A stretch of 56,046 nucleotides of DNA from Candidatus Tayloriibacteriota bacterium (GCA_016188455.1 JACPHR010000007.1:1-56046); one strand, 5' to 3'; positions 9,532 to 20,012 are shown, numbered from the stretch's first letter. The notes: generated by a model from the sequence alone, not told the origin. Made by a program: numbers and translations.

Positions 9532-10266
9532 TTATCCAACATGACCGAGGAGTACCCTCTCAAAAATGCCCGAGGCAATAAGCTCGCGGGGTTTGCCCGC
9601 CGCCACAACGGCGCCCTTGTCCAACACATACGCCCGACTGACGATTTCAAAAAGCGATTTCACATTGTGCTCCACCACAAGCACCGCGGTCTTGTGCCGT
9701 TCATTTATCCGCTTGATGGTTGCAAAAACTTCTTTGACGATTTTCGGCGCCAAGCCAAGCGACGGTTCGTCTAACAAAAGCACCTTCGGGTCAGTCATGA
9801 GACCGCGGGCAATGGCGAGCATTTGCTGCTGTCCGCCCGAGAGCGTACCGGACCTTGTTTTGATTTTAGGCTTGAGCGCCGGAAAGGTTTCCAACACTTC
9901 CGCAATTCGGCGAGCAACTTCTTTTTTATCTCGCACCGTGAAAGCGCCAATTTCCAGATTTTCAAAAACCGTCAGGTGCCGGAAAACCCGTCGGCCTTGG
10001 GGCACGAAAGAAATGCCCCGCGCCACAATCTCGTGCGGCACCGGTCGAATCGGCCTCTCGTGCCATAGCACTTTCCCGCTAGAAAGTTCCGCCAGTCCAA
10101 AAATGCTTTTAAGAATCGTGGACTTGCCGGCCCCGTTCGGCCCCATCAAAGCCACCATCTCGCCTTCGTCAAGCGAGATGCTCACGCCATCAAGCGCTTT
10201 GACGCCGCCGTAGTGGACGCGGATATCCTGAAGTTGCAATAAAATTTCGCGAATCATGAATGACAA
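9532..10266 (-). CDS. livF: Branched-chain amino acid ABC transporter ATP-binding protein
   Basis: GPNGAGKST, LSGGQQQML and LLDEPSLGLAP. Confidence 0.9.
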   Translation of the reverse strand: MSFMIREILLQLQDIRVHYGGVKALDGVSISLDEGEMVALMGPNGAGKSTILKSIFGLAELSSGKVLWHERPIRPVPHEIVARGISFVPQGRRVFRHLTVFENLEIGAFTVRDKKEVARRIAEVLETFPALKPKIKTRSGTLSGGQQQMLAIARGLMTDPKVLLLDEPSLGLAPKIVKEVFATIKRINERHKTAVLVVEHNVKSLFEIVSRAYVLDKGAVVAAGKPRELIASGIFERVLLGHVG

Positions 10267-10274
10267 ATTATGAA

Positions 10275-10682
10275 TTACGATTTAAGAATTACGAATTTCT
10301 TTTGATTTTTTAATTAGACCGTTCAAAACTTTATGCACTTCGGTTGACTGCTGAAATACCGGCAAAAATCTTTTTCGTCCAAAACAGAAACCCCTTGGGC
10401 GACAAGAAGCTGATTCTGTAATTCTGTAACCGAACCTTGAGCGATAGAATAAAACTGAACTTTCTCTCCGTACGATTGACGACTAAATCCTTCAGCGATA
10501 TTGGATGTAATTGAAACCGAGCAACGACGCATCTGGCTTACCAAACCAAATAATTCTTCCTTGGGAAATCTTTTGGTTATTTCATATATCATAAGAGTAA
10601 GCTTATACGCTTCTTTCCATGCATTCAGGTCAGTGAAGGTCTGAATCTTTGCGCTTCGTTCCGTTCGTAATTCGTAATTCAT
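10275..10682 (-). pseudogene. Four-helix bundle (23S rRNA IVP family) gene, frameshifted near the 3' end
   Basis: FTDLNAWK...FPKEELFGLVSQMRRCSVSITSNIAEG. The family-like C-terminus STEVHKVLNGLIKKSK lies in another frame, ending at 10275. Confidence 0.75.
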
Positions 10683-10688
10683 AATTCG

Positions 10689-11423
10689 TTATTCTCCTAA
10701 ATACGCTTCAATAACATCTCGGCGAGCAAGTACCGACTGCGGTTTGCCTTCGGCCAAAAGTTTACCGGCGTCCAACACATAGATGTGGTCCGAGAGTTCG
10801 CGAATCAAATCCATATTGTGCTCTATCAAAATTAACGTTTTACCCTTAACCTTTAACTCCTTACAAATGTCAACCACCACCTTGAGCATTTCAGGAAAAA
10901 GACCGGCGAACGGCTCGTCGAGAAGTATGGTATCGGCGTCCGTGGCCAGCACCCGCGCTATTTCCAAAAGTTTCCGTTGGCCATAGGAAAGTCCCAGCGC
11001 AAGCTCGTGGCGCTTACCCCACAGGCCAACCCGCCTTAAAACCTCCTCGGCTTTCTCCAAATGATAGGGACTGTGTTTTTCAAAAAGCGACGCGAACACT
11101 CCTCGCTCCGTCAAAACCACAAGCACGTTATCCAAAACCGGCATCTGTTCAAACAGCCGCACATCCTGAAACGTCCTAGTGATGCCATAGTCCTTCACCT
11201 CATGCGACTTTATTTTGGTAAAGCGAACCGAACCGGCCACTACGATTTCGCCGCCATCAACAGGAATCATACCTGTCAAAAGATTGACGAGGGTGGATTT
11301 GCCGGAGCCGTTCGGCCCAACCACTGAGGTGATTTGGCCTTTTTCAAAGGCAACAGAAAGATGGTCCACCGCCCGGACGCCGTCAAAATGCTTGTATAAA
11401 TGTTTTGTTTCGATAATCGGCAT
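10689..11423 (-). CDS. livG: Branched-chain amino acid ABC transporter ATP-binding protein
   Basis: GPNGSGKST, RTFQDVRLF, LSYGQRKLLEIAR and VIEAYLG. Confidence 0.9.
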   Translation of the reverse strand: MPIIETKHLYKHFDGVRAVDHLSVAFEKGQITSVVGPNGSGKSTLVNLLTGMIPVDGGEIVVAGSVRFTKIKSHEVKDYGITRTFQDVRLFEQMPVLDNVLVVLTERGVFASLFEKHSPYHLEKAEEVLRRVGLWGKRHELALGLSYGQRKLLEIARVLATDADTILLDEPFAGLFPEMLKVVVDICKELKVKGKTLILIEHNMDLIRELSDHIYVLDAGKLLAEGKPQSVLARRDVIEAYLGE

Positions 11424-11428
11424 GAAAT

Positions 11429-12295
11429 TTATAATTTATATTCCCCCATCAAGCCCTGCGGCCTGTACATCATAAGTATAACCAAAAGGAGACCGTAGAC
11501 CACTTGCCGCATCTGGGCGGCGATGTCGGGGGGGAAACCGACAAAACGTAGAGCTTCCGGCAAGAGTACCAGAACCGCGGCGCCGAGGACGGCGCCGCGG
11601 TTAGACGCCAGGCCTCCCAAAATAACGACTGCCAAAATAAAAATTGACTCATTGACGAAAAAGGTTGAAGGGTCAATAAAAGTAATGTAACTGGCATAGA
11701 GAGAGCCGGCAAAGGCCGAGAACGCCGCGGCGACAACAAAAGTCGCGAGCTTAAAATACAAAACTTCATAACCAAACACACTAACAGCTTTTTCATCCTC
11801 GCGAATGGCCCTAAGGACGCGCCCGAAAGAAGATTGTTCAATGAAACGGCAGGCCAAAAAGACCAGAATTACGAGTAACGAAGCAAGAATTAGGAAAGAA
11901 AAATTGTCACTGAACGAGAGACCAAAAATAGACGGCCGCGGGATGCCGGGAATGCCCAAGGGGCCGCGGGTAACAGTTTGCCAATTAAGAAAAACACTGT
12001 AGATAATAATATTGAAACCGACCGAGGCCAGGGTATAGTAATCGCCTCTGAATTTTGACAAAACGGCCCCGATAGCAAACGCGATAAGCGCGCTAAAAAG
12101 GGCTCCGACAATACAAGCGAGAAAAAAGTTGAAGCCGAAACTTGTCATCACGATAGCGGTCACATAGGCGCCGATGCCGAAAAACGCCGCCGCCGCCACA
12201 AACACCAGCCCCGTGAAGCCGACAACCAGATTAAGAGAAAGGGCGAGTATTGAATAGATTGAGACCATTATCAACAGATGAATAACGTATGGCAT
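11429..12295 (-). CDS. livM: Branched-chain amino acid ABC transporter permease
   Basis: LNLVVGFTG, GDYYTLAS, GRVLRAIREDE and RPQGL. Confidence 0.9.
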   Translation of the reverse strand: MPYVIHLLIMVSIYSILALSLNLVVGFTGLVFVAAAAFFGIGAYVTAIVMTSFGFNFFLACIVGALFSALIAFAIGAVLSKFRGDYYTLASVGFNIIIYSVFLNWQTVTRGPLGIPGIPRPSIFGLSFSDNFSFLILASLLVILVFLACRFIEQSSFGRVLRAIREDEKAVSVFGYEVLYFKLATFVVAAAFSAFAGSLYASYITFIDPSTFFVNESIFILAVVILGGLASNRGAVLGAAVLVLLPEALRFVGFPPDIAAQMRQVVYGLLLVILMMYRPQGLMGEYKL

Positions 12296-12296
12296 G

Positions 12297-13163
12297 TTAT
12301 TTTTTAAAAATTCCTTGCGGTCGGAAAACTAAAAATAGAATGAGAACCGCGAAGGCAATGGCGTCTTTCCATTCGCCGGAGATTTTCCAAATGCCGAAGT
12401 TTTCAACGAAACCCAAAAGAAACGCCCCCGCCACGCCGCCGTAGACATTGCCGATACCGCCGACAATTGACGCGATAACGCCCTTGAGGAGAAGCGGCAA
12501 ACCCATAATCGGCTCAATGCCAGTGTCAAAACCGACTAAAATCGCCGCCAGCCCGGCAATGGCCGAGCCGATGAAAAAAACTTTGCCAATTATTTTGTCC
12601 GTGTTAATGCCGACGATTTTGGCGACTTCTTCGTCATCCCCGACCGCTTTCACCGCTTTGCCAAACAGCGTCAGTTTGAGAACAAAAGCTAAACCTAAAA
12701 GCACCGCCACGGCCGTCAAAAGGATAATGACCTGCGTCTCGGTAATGGACCCGGAAAATAAGGAGAATAACCTCTCTCCCGAGGAGGTGGCGGAGAGAGT
12801 CTGAAACTGGCTGGAAAAGAAAATCGCCAGAAGCGCCTGGAGAGCGGTCAACACTCCGAGGGAAGCGACGAGAAGCACGGTGTTTGAAGACCGTCTCATC
12901 CGGAGGCGCCGGTACACGCTGGTGTAAAGCAAAAAACCGATGGTACCCGAAATCAAAACGCCAAGAGGGACGGCGACAAAAAGCGGCCACCCCAATAGTT
13001 TGGAAAAATAGAAAACGGCGTACGCGCCGATGACCGCGACTGCTCCGTACGACAAGTCAAAAAAATTAACCGTGCTGAAAATGAGATTGAAACCAAGCGC
13101 CAGAATGGCGTAAATTGAGCCGGCGATGAGACTGTTGAGGATGAGTTGGGGCAGAATGTCCAT
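12297..13163 (-). CDS. livH: Branched-chain amino acid ABC transporter permease
   Basis: GSIYAILALGFNLIF, GKAVKAV, IVGGIG and RPQGIF. Confidence 0.9.
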   Translation of the reverse strand: MDILPQLILNSLIAGSIYAILALGFNLIFSTVNFFDLSYGAVAVIGAYAVFYFSKLLGWPLFVAVPLGVLISGTIGFLLYTSVYRRLRMRRSSNTVLLVASLGVLTALQALLAIFFSSQFQTLSATSSGERLFSLFSGSITETQVIILLTAVAVLLGLAFVLKLTLFGKAVKAVGDDEEVAKIVGINTDKIIGKVFFIGSAIAGLAAILVGFDTGIEPIMGLPLLLKGVIASIVGGIGNVYGGVAGAFLLGFVENFGIWKISGEWKDAIAFAVLILFLVFRPQGIFKK

Positions 13164-13183
13164 GGAGAGACTGCTTTGCTCCT

Positions 13184-14332
13184 TTACTCGGTATACAATT
13201 CCGTTTTGCCGTCCTTAACAATCTTGAGAACATGGCCAGATGCTCGGTCGCCAGTCGCTTCAATGGTAACCTGGCCGGAGGCCCCATCCCAATCCTTAAT
13301 AGTCCGCGACCACGCCGCCAGTTTCTGCCCGTCAAGACCGACCGCGGCAATACCCTCTTTCACCAAGTACAAAGCGTCATACTCGGTTTGGCCATACGCT
13401 TGGTAAGGCAATTCAGCATTATACTTTTGCTTATAACTCTCCAAGAGATGCTGGAACTTGGGGTTGTTCGGGTCAACGCCGAACTCCGCTCCAAACGCTC
13501 CTTCAAAAAGAGCTTTGTTTTCACTGACCGTTTTTGGATCGCCTACTACTATATCGGCGACCAGAAGCGGCGGATTCCATTTAAGCTCCTTTACCTGTTT
13601 GGCGATTCGAACGGAGGCGGCCGGCGCTTGGGTATCCACAAACAAAGCGTCCGGTTTTTGAGATTGCAGTTTAGCGATTGAAGACCGGAAGTCGCTCGCG
13701 CCGGTCGGAAACTCTTCCTTGACGGTTTTGCCGCCGAGTTCGGAAAATCTGGCGTCAAAAGCCTTAAAAATGCCGAGCGGGTAATCAAGCGATTCTTGGA
13801 TGAAAGCCACGGTCCGCCAGCCTTTTTTGTAGGCCAGTTCGGCCAGCACCCTGCCCTGCGAAGCGTCACTGGGGTAATCGCGGAAAAAATACGGACTTCG
13901 GCCCGTCAAATCGGGACTGCTGGCGCCGGGAGAAAAGAGCGCGACTTTGCCCGCTTCGGCAATCGGCACCGCCGCCAACGACTCGCTGCTGCAAATGCCG
14001 CCGATAATAATTTGAACCTTGTCCACATTGACAAGCTTCTGAGCGGCGTTGGCTCCGTCTTTGCCGTTACATTTGCCGTCTTCCACTACCAGGACAAGGT
14101 CTCGCCCGCCAACGCCTCCCGACTTATTTATTTCATCCACCGCGAGCTGATAGACATTTAGAGCCGGCTCGCCGTACACCGCCCCGTCACCGGTCAGGGG
14201 CAAAATTACTCCGAGGCTGATCGGCCCGGCGACTTCCGGCGCTTTGGCGGTGCGGGCAAAAAAGAACCCGCCGACAATAATGACGGCCAGAAGGATGACC
14301 CAACTAAGAATCTTTGGCTTGTTGTCTTCCAT
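13184..14332 (-). CDS. livK: Branched-chain amino acid ABC transporter substrate-binding protein
   Basis: N-terminal TM anchor, GVILPLTG, EINKSGGVGG and GGICSS; first gene of the liv cluster. Confidence 0.85.
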   Translation of the reverse strand: MEDNKPKILSWVILLAVIIVGGFFFARTAKAPEVAGPISLGVILPLTGDGAVYGEPALNVYQLAVDEINKSGGVGGRDLVLVVEDGKCNGKDGANAAQKLVNVDKVQIIIGGICSSESLAAVPIAEAGKVALFSPGASSPDLTGRSPYFFRDYPSDASQGRVLAELAYKKGWRTVAFIQESLDYPLGIFKAFDARFSELGGKTVKEEFPTGASDFRSSIAKLQSQKPDALFVDTQAPAASVRIAKQVKELKWNPPLLVADIVVGDPKTVSENKALFEGAFGAEFGVDPNNPKFQHLLESYKQKYNAELPYQAYGQTEYDALYLVKEGIAAVGLDGQKLAAWSRTIKDWDGASGQVTIEATGDRASGHVLKIVKDGKTELYTE

Positions 14333-14473
14333 AGTTTATAAATTTTATATCTAATAAAAGGACCTTTTTGTTAATACCCCTATGCTATACCCCATAAAAA
14401 ATTTTGCAAGCGGGCCAATGAAAACCGCCCCGACGTACATCGAGGCGGTTTTATTGAACCTGACTATAGCAAA

Positions 14474-14689
14474 CTACATGCCCGTACCGGCGCTGCAATT
14501 CTTGCAGTTCTTCTTGTGGGTTACAATTTCAGCCACCGCCGACAGGCCGACGAGCGCGTAAACAGCCGTGGCGAGAGTTGACCCCGCCCCCAAAAGGCTC
14601 TCAACCAAATTATAGCCGAGCGCGACCAAACCCCAGTTTAATCCTCCGATGATAAGGAGAATAAACGCAACCATGTGTAGTCCCTTCAT
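14474..14689 (-). CDS. DUF378 family small membrane protein
   Basis: LLIIGGLNWGL and YALVGLSA. Confidence 0.85.
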   Translation of the reverse strand: MKGLHMVAFILLIIGGLNWGLVALGYNLVESLLGAGSTLATAVYALVGLSAVAEIVTHKKNCKNCSAGTGM

Positions 14690-14845
14690 AAAATATATTT
14701 AGAGCTTCCGCTCTTACATTATATAAAAACCTCCGACCTAGGCCTATTAAAGCTTGGTTATATTATACAAGACTTCCGCAAGTCGCGGAATACTGAAAAG
14801 TGGATAACTAAATGCCCTCATGTACGGCATCGGATGTCGGATAAC

Positions 14846-15247
14846 TTAGGGTTTTGGCCCCTCTTCAAGGTCAAGACAGACCGAATTGAGGCAATAGCGC
14901 TTGCCGGTTGCCGTTGGACCGTCGGGAAACACGTGCCCGAGATGCGAGTTACAACGGGAGCAAACAATTTCGGTGCGGCGCGTACCATATTCATTGTCGG
15001 AAATTTCCCGAACTGAGCCGGGAAGGGCTTGGTCAAAAGAAGGCCAGCCAGTGCCGGAGTCAAACTTGGCATCCGAGGAGAAAAGCGCCTGGCCGCAGGC
15101 GGCACAATTATAGGTGCCGGCTTTTTTCTCGTGCAAAAGTTTGCCGCTAAACGGCGCCTCGGTCCCTTTGCCGCGTAAAACCGCGTACTGCTCCGGCGTC
15201 AGTTTATTCTTCCACTCCTCCTCGTTTTTCGCCATTTCCTTTTTCAT
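14846..15247 (-). CDS. msrB: Peptide-methionine (R)-S-oxide reductase
   Basis: GTEAPF, KFDSGTGWPSF, HLGHVFPDGP and RYCLNS. Confidence 0.95.
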   Translation of the reverse strand: MKKEMAKNEEEWKNKLTPEQYAVLRGKGTEAPFSGKLLHEKKAGTYNCAACGQALFSSDAKFDSGTGWPSFDQALPGSVREISDNEYGTRRTEIVCSRCNSHLGHVFPDGPTATGKRYCLNSVCLDLEEGPKP

Positions 15248-15271
15248 ACTGTAATCTTTAATCTCTTAACT

Positions 15272-15835
15272 TCAATCTGCTTTTGTCTCCAAAAGCTCGA
15301 CAAACTGTTTCTGCACCTTCTCCAGCTTGGGGTTGATGACCACTTCACAGTAGGGATTGCCCGGATGGGCGGCGAAATAATCACGGTGGTAATTTTCCGC
15401 TTCGTAAAAAACGTCTAGCGGCACCAGTTCGGTTACCACGGACGCGCCGTGTTTATTTGAGATGTTGATTTCTTTGATAAAATCTTCAGCCGTCTTTTTC
15501 TGCTCCGGCGTGGTGTAAAAAATGACCGAGCGGTATTGTGTGCCTACATCGTTCCCTTGCCTATTTTGGGTTGTCGGGTCGTGGCTGCCGAAAAAGACCG
15601 TCAACAAATCCTTGTATGTTGTAAGTTGTGGGTTGTAAGTTATTCGTACTACTTCGGCGTGTCCCGTCCCGCCGCCGCTTACTTCCTCATAGGTGGGATT
15701 TTTGGTCGTGCCGCCGGCGTAGCCGGGTAAAACCGAACTCACTCCGCGGAGCATCTTAAACACCGCCTCGGTGCACCAAAAACAGCCTCCACCGAAGACT
15801 GCTATTTCACTAACATCTCTTTTCTCTTTAACCAT
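15272..15835 (-). CDS. msrA: Peptide-methionine (S)-S-oxide reductase
   Basis: GGGCFWC, GHAEVV, QGNDVGTQYRS and AENYH; likely start MVKEK. Confidence 0.95.
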   Translation of the reverse strand: MVKEKRDVSEIAVFGGGCFWCTEAVFKMLRGVSSVLPGYAGGTTKNPTYEEVSGGGTGHAEVVRITYNPQLTTYKDLLTVFFGSHDPTTQNRQGNDVGTQYRSVIFYTTPEQKKTAEDFIKEINISNKHGASVVTELVPLDVFYEAENYHRDYFAAHPGNPYCEVVINPKLEKVQKQFVELLETKAD

Positions 15836-16009
15836 ACAAACAAGATTATAAAAAAATATCTGGGCTGTTTTTGGAAAAAGCCCTGCCCCGTAGGCCCCGA
15901 TGGACATCGGGGTGCTTCGGGGAGAGGCCGTCGAATACCGCCACTAAGGTTTTTATACTCTTGTTATGACCATAATTATAACATAAAAACCCTATCAGTG
16001 CTTATCTCC

Positions 16010-16216
16010 CTAAAACCACCTCTTGATTTTCCTCCACAGAAGCAACTTTACGCCCAACAATTCCAAACCCAAGAAAATAAGCCACGCGCCGGGCGTTAAG
16101 GGCGTAATAAGCGCAATGAAACCAATTGCCACCAAAACAACGCCGATAATTTTCGTCAGCTTTGGTCTGTGTTCAAACATTTTTTCAAGACGCTCTTTCA
16201 TCTCTTCTGTAAGCAA
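16010..16216 (-). CDS. Small membrane protein (PGPGW-like)
   Basis: Two hydrophobic segments around TPLTPGAW. Confidence 0.6.
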   Translation of the reverse strand: MLTEEMKERLEKMFEHRPKLTKIIGVVLVAIGFIALITPLTPGAWLIFLGLELLGVKLLLWRKIKRWF

Positions 16217-16264
16217 ACATCAAGCGGGACTCTTGCTTACCTATACAATATAATATAACACAGA

Positions 16265-16394
16265 ATAAAGTTTGGCCTCGTCTTATCCCCGCCCGCGTTG
16301 CGGGGACGGGGCATGAGGCGAGACGTCGGGGCAAACTTTGTTGCAGACGAGTCGGCTCCGCCGACGCCCCTTTGCTCTTGCGGATTCATCCCCG
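16265..16394. repeat. Left arm of an approximately 130-bp imperfect inverted repeat
   Basis: Reverse complement of 18405-18531 (ataaagtttggcctcg...gagtcggctccgccgac...gcggattcatccccg). Confidence 0.85.
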
Positions 16395-16587
16395 CAGCAC
16401 CCGCCCGTACCGAAACGCCAGCCCGACAGAGTCATTCCGGCTTCAGGGAACCGCCGCCGAACACCGCCAGTTCCGTTCCCCTGCTGACTTTCATTTCATA
16501 GGTTCTAACATCATCGGAAGCTTAAGTAAAAAACAAAAGAAAAAGCGCCTTGATATCATCAAGACGCCGTGAACTTAAAACTGCGGG

Positions 16588-17511
16588 CTAATCAAGCCGA
16601 AGCACCTCCACCTCGTCGCCCACCCGTATGATACCGGTGTTCTGGTGGTCAAAGTTTCTGCCAAAAAACACTTTGTTTTCGGCATCGCCTTCAATGCCGA
16701 GGTGCTTGCCTAGGCGATAGGCGACCAGTGTCGCCAGCGGCTCTTTGCCGCGCAGAGCGGTATGCTGCTCCGTGCAAGTGACGACGCAACGGTCGCAAAG
16801 TTTCTTGCCTTCAAAGACCACCTCCCCGATACGGATAAGGGAAAAGTGGTCCTCTTGGTGCGGCTCGCAACCGCGAAGCCATATATTGGGTCGGAAACGG
16901 TTGGCCTCCACGCACAGTGAACCTTTGCCGAGAAGCAGGTCGTTGAGATTGCCGAGCGAAGCGTCGGAAATCATCATAAAAGGAAAACCGTCATGGAAAC
17001 CTTGAAGCGCGGAGCCGCCCTTGCTCTGCCACCGGCAGGTATCGGCCATGCGCATCAGTCGGTAATACCCCGGCCGCTCCCGCGAAAGAAATTTAGTAAA
17101 CCACAGAGAAGCTTCTTTCCCTTGGTCCACCGCCTTTAGTTTACGGTCCTGCCACACGGTAATCGTTTCTTCTTTTCCGGGGAAACCGTCTATCGGCAAA
17201 CGCAACAGAGCCATGTCCGGGGCAGAGACGATAAGTTCTTTGCCTGAAACGCGGGGAGTAACCTGGCACAGCCGCCGCACCTCAATGCCAAGCCCCGAAG
17301 GGCCAAGCGCGTCCTTGACCAATCCTGGTAACGGCAACGGCAAACTGTCCCGGCGTTGGGCGACAAACATGTCGCCTTCCACCACCACGTATTGCCGGTC
17401 GTGCTTGAAACCCCGCGGGGTAACCTCAACACCTTGGCCTTGAGCGCTAAGCCGCGCGCCGCCGGCCGATTTAATCGGCGAATAAAAAAGAGCCGAAACG
17501 GTAATACTCAT
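16588..17511 (-). CDS. MOSC domain protein
   Basis: SPIKSAGG, HDRQY, FHDGFP, RFRPNI and CDRCVVT. Confidence 0.85.
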   Translation of the reverse strand: MSITVSALFYSPIKSAGGARLSAQGQGVEVTPRGFKHDRQYVVVEGDMFVAQRRDSLPLPLPGLVKDALGPSGLGIEVRRLCQVTPRVSGKELIVSAPDMALLRLPIDGFPGKEETITVWQDRKLKAVDQGKEASLWFTKFLSRERPGYYRLMRMADTCRWQSKGGSALQGFHDGFPFMMISDASLGNLNDLLLGKGSLCVEANRFRPNIWLRGCEPHQEDHFSLIRIGEVVFEGKKLCDRCVVTCTEQHTALRGKEPLATLVAYRLGKHLGIEGDAENKVFFGRNFDHQNTGIIRVGDEVEVLRLD

Positions 17512-17645
17512 AGTAAAAGTCCTGTTCTGTTGTCTCCCGCCATTCTACCTATTTCATTCAAAAAAGCAAAGCGTGCGTTTGAATTAAAAATTAGCAATTG
17601 TTTTTTCAATGTGATACAGTTCAAACAGAAAAAAGAAAGGCCTGC

Positions 17646-18329
17646 ATGAACGAGCAAAGAATATATCCCTCTAAGGTAACGGCTAACGGCTCTGCCATCG
17701 CCCTATATGGGATTGAGGCACCCAACCGCCGGACGGCCGTACGGAAAGCGCTCCAGTGGTTCTGGGACAAGTATGAGGGGAAATATGGACCCGCTTCGGA
17801 CGTGTTCACCATCGGCGACCCGTACAAGGAAGTGGTTTTTAAGGAGCCATTCAATTGCAACGACAAAGGCAATAATTATCTCGACGAGGCGACCAAGGCG
17901 CGGGTCATTGAGCAGTCCAAAGGAATCCTGGAGCGCGATTCTAAAACCGGTTCGCGGCATCACCCGCCTCGCTCCCTGCGGCGCAAAAAACGCCGAAGAG
18001 AATATCGCGTCACGATAGCTCCGAACATCCAGGAGTCAAACACCGGCACACTGTACTATCGGATTGTCGTCACGCCGCAGCAATCAAAGAACGGCGTCAT
18101 CACAACCAAGCGGAAAGTACTGGACATTAAATTGGAAGCAAAAACGCTTGCCCAGGCACTTGAAGAAATAAAAACTAAAAATCTTCGGGGGTTAAACAAG
18201 GTGTCGCGACGAATGAAAAAACGGTCGCTGAAGCTGGTCGCTCATCTGTCGGGGCTGCAAACTTTAACCCAAAGCGACCGGTCCTTCTTCGCTCCGGTGC
18301 TCAAAAATGCCGCCCGTCTTAGTCAATAA
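17646..18329 (+). CDS. Hypothetical basic protein
   Basis: Long ORF; start MNEQRIY follows an AAGG RBS-like sequence. Confidence 0.65.
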   Translation: MNEQRIYPSKVTANGSAIALYGIEAPNRRTAVRKALQWFWDKYEGKYGPASDVFTIGDPYKEVVFKEPFNCNDKGNNYLDEATKARVIEQSKGILERDSKTGSRHHPPRSLRRKKRRREYRVTIAPNIQESNTGTLYYRIVVTPQQSKNGVITTKRKVLDIKLEAKTLAQALEEIKTKNLRGLNKVSRRMKKRSLKLVAHLSGLQTLTQSDRSFFAPVLKNAARLSQ

Positions 18330-18404
18330 CTCTAGCCGCGCTTCCGTAAACATCGGAGCGCGGCATTTTATTGTAACTGCGGAGAATACCCCTAGGCTTT
18401 GCCT

Positions 18405-18531
18405 CGGGGATGAATCCGCAACGAGAAAGACGAGTCGGCGGAGCCGACTCTTATACAACAAGGTTTGCCCCGATGCCTCGCCTCATACCCCGACCGCTTT
18501 GTGGCGGGGATAGAACGAGGCCAAACTTTAT
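18405..18531. repeat. Right arm of the approximately 130-bp imperfect inverted repeat
   Basis: See 16265-16394. Confidence 0.85.
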
Positions 18532-18604
18532 TTTCCTTTCAGCCTCCGCCACGGCCCCGCGTGGCGGGACCGTGGCGGGCAAAATTTAAATCAATCAATT
18601 TTTT

Positions 18605-19486
18605 CTAGCGCGATTCGTCTGATTCAGATTCTGACTTTGTAGATGAAGCGTTACCGCGCGTCTCGCCCTTGAGCTCCCCTTTCACTTCCATCTTCATCAT
18701 TGATTTCAAACTTTGCACAATCTCTCCGGCATCCCGCCGCGCCGCTTTCAAATCTTCCCGACCGGCCTTCAGTTTGAGCCTCGCATCCATCAGAGCTTTT
18801 TTATTGGCTTGGAACTGCGCTTCGCCTTGGTCGGGCTGAAGCGCGGCCGTGATTGAGAGCGCGGCGTCCGCCTGCGCTTTGGCGTCGGTCAGTTTGGCGT
18901 TAAAGTCCGCCAGTGTCGTCTCAAGAGCGCTCACCTCTTTGCCGGCCGTCTTGGCGGCAGCGATTCTCGTTTGCAATTTCACGCCGACCGCGGCCATCAT
19001 ATCGGCGGTTGATTTGATTTTGTCCGCCGTGGCCGCGATATGACCGGCGGGAATAATGAGAGCGAAAATCCGATACGATTGGCTGATTGATTTAATGTCA
19101 ATCTTCAGAGCGTCAATATCGGCATCCGCGGCAATCTTGGCCTTGAGGGCCGTGAGGCTGCTGATTTCAGCCGTTACTGCCGCCGCCATCTGGGTTTTGA
19201 CATCCGCTGAAACGCGATTCATTGACTGTATCCGCGCGGTCAGTCTAGTCAGTGCTTCAATCCGCCGCTCTATTTCCTGGTCAGCGCGGCTTTTGGCTTT
19301 GGCTATCCGCGCTTCAAGGTTCACGCCTGCTTTAATTGTGGTGGTGCCAACCTTGGATGTCTTGGCAGACGCCCGTATTGACCCGTCAGCTCCAGGCGAC
19401 AAGGCTAGGGCCGGAATGGCGCCGGCAAGCAGGATGGCCCCGGTCGCAAATGACGCGAGAAATTTAGTGAATGTGATTTTTATCAT
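18605..19486 (-). CDS. Secreted Ala/Lys-rich coiled-coil protein
   Basis: Signal peptide ending PALA; heptad-rich helical sequence. Confidence 0.75.
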   Translation of the reverse strand: MIKITFTKFLASFATGAILLAGAIPALALSPGADGSIRASAKTSKVGTTTIKAGVNLEARIAKAKSRADQEIERRIEALTRLTARIQSMNRVSADVKTQMAAAVTAEISSLTALKAKIAADADIDALKIDIKSISQSYRIFALIIPAGHIAATADKIKSTADMMAAVGVKLQTRIAAAKTAGKEVSALETTLADFNAKLTDAKAQADAALSITAALQPDQGEAQFQANKKALMDARLKLKAGREDLKAARRDAGEIVQSLKSMMKMEVKGELKGETRGNASSTKSESESDESR

Positions 19487-19498
19487 GGTAATAAAAAA

Positions 19499-19792
19499 TT
19501 ATTCGGTCTGGGGCACCGGTTGGTCATTCAAACCGCTGTCGACCGCGGCGGAGTTTGCGTCAACATCGGCAAGTCCGTCATCAATTGACTTCATGTCCTG
19601 CTCAAGCGAATCGTCCGAACCGTCTCGCGAGGAAACCGCGTCGCTCACGGCTTCAGTGGCCGCGGCGGTATCAGGCGCGGCGGGAACCTTTGCCGACTGG
19701 GGCGTATTGCCGCGCCACAAGTACCAGCCCCCGACAATAACCACTATCAAAACAACCAGCCACAAAAGACCTTTGGAAGAGTTGTCATTCAT
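19499..19792 (-). CDS. Small single-TM protein with acidic tail
   Basis: N-terminal TM helix and D/S-rich C-terminus. Confidence 0.7.
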   Translation of the reverse strand: MNDNSSKGLLWLVVLIVVIVGGWYLWRGNTPQSAKVPAAPDTAAATEAVSDAVSSRDGSDDSLEQDMKSIDDGLADVDANSAAVDSGLNDQPVPQTE

Positions 19793-20012
19793 AATTTGCT
19801 AATTTAATTATTGATTGATAAACGACCCTCAAACTCAATAACGATTATACTAAAAATAGCCCCGTCGTGACAAGACGGAGCCAAAGGTGATTGTAATATA
19901 AATACGCGCGCGAATAAATAAAACAGCTCTTTATTAAGAGCCGTTTTATTATCCGCAAACTTGATTATTTATCAAGTATATTACCTATTTGTATATGTTG
20001 TGCAACCCAACA

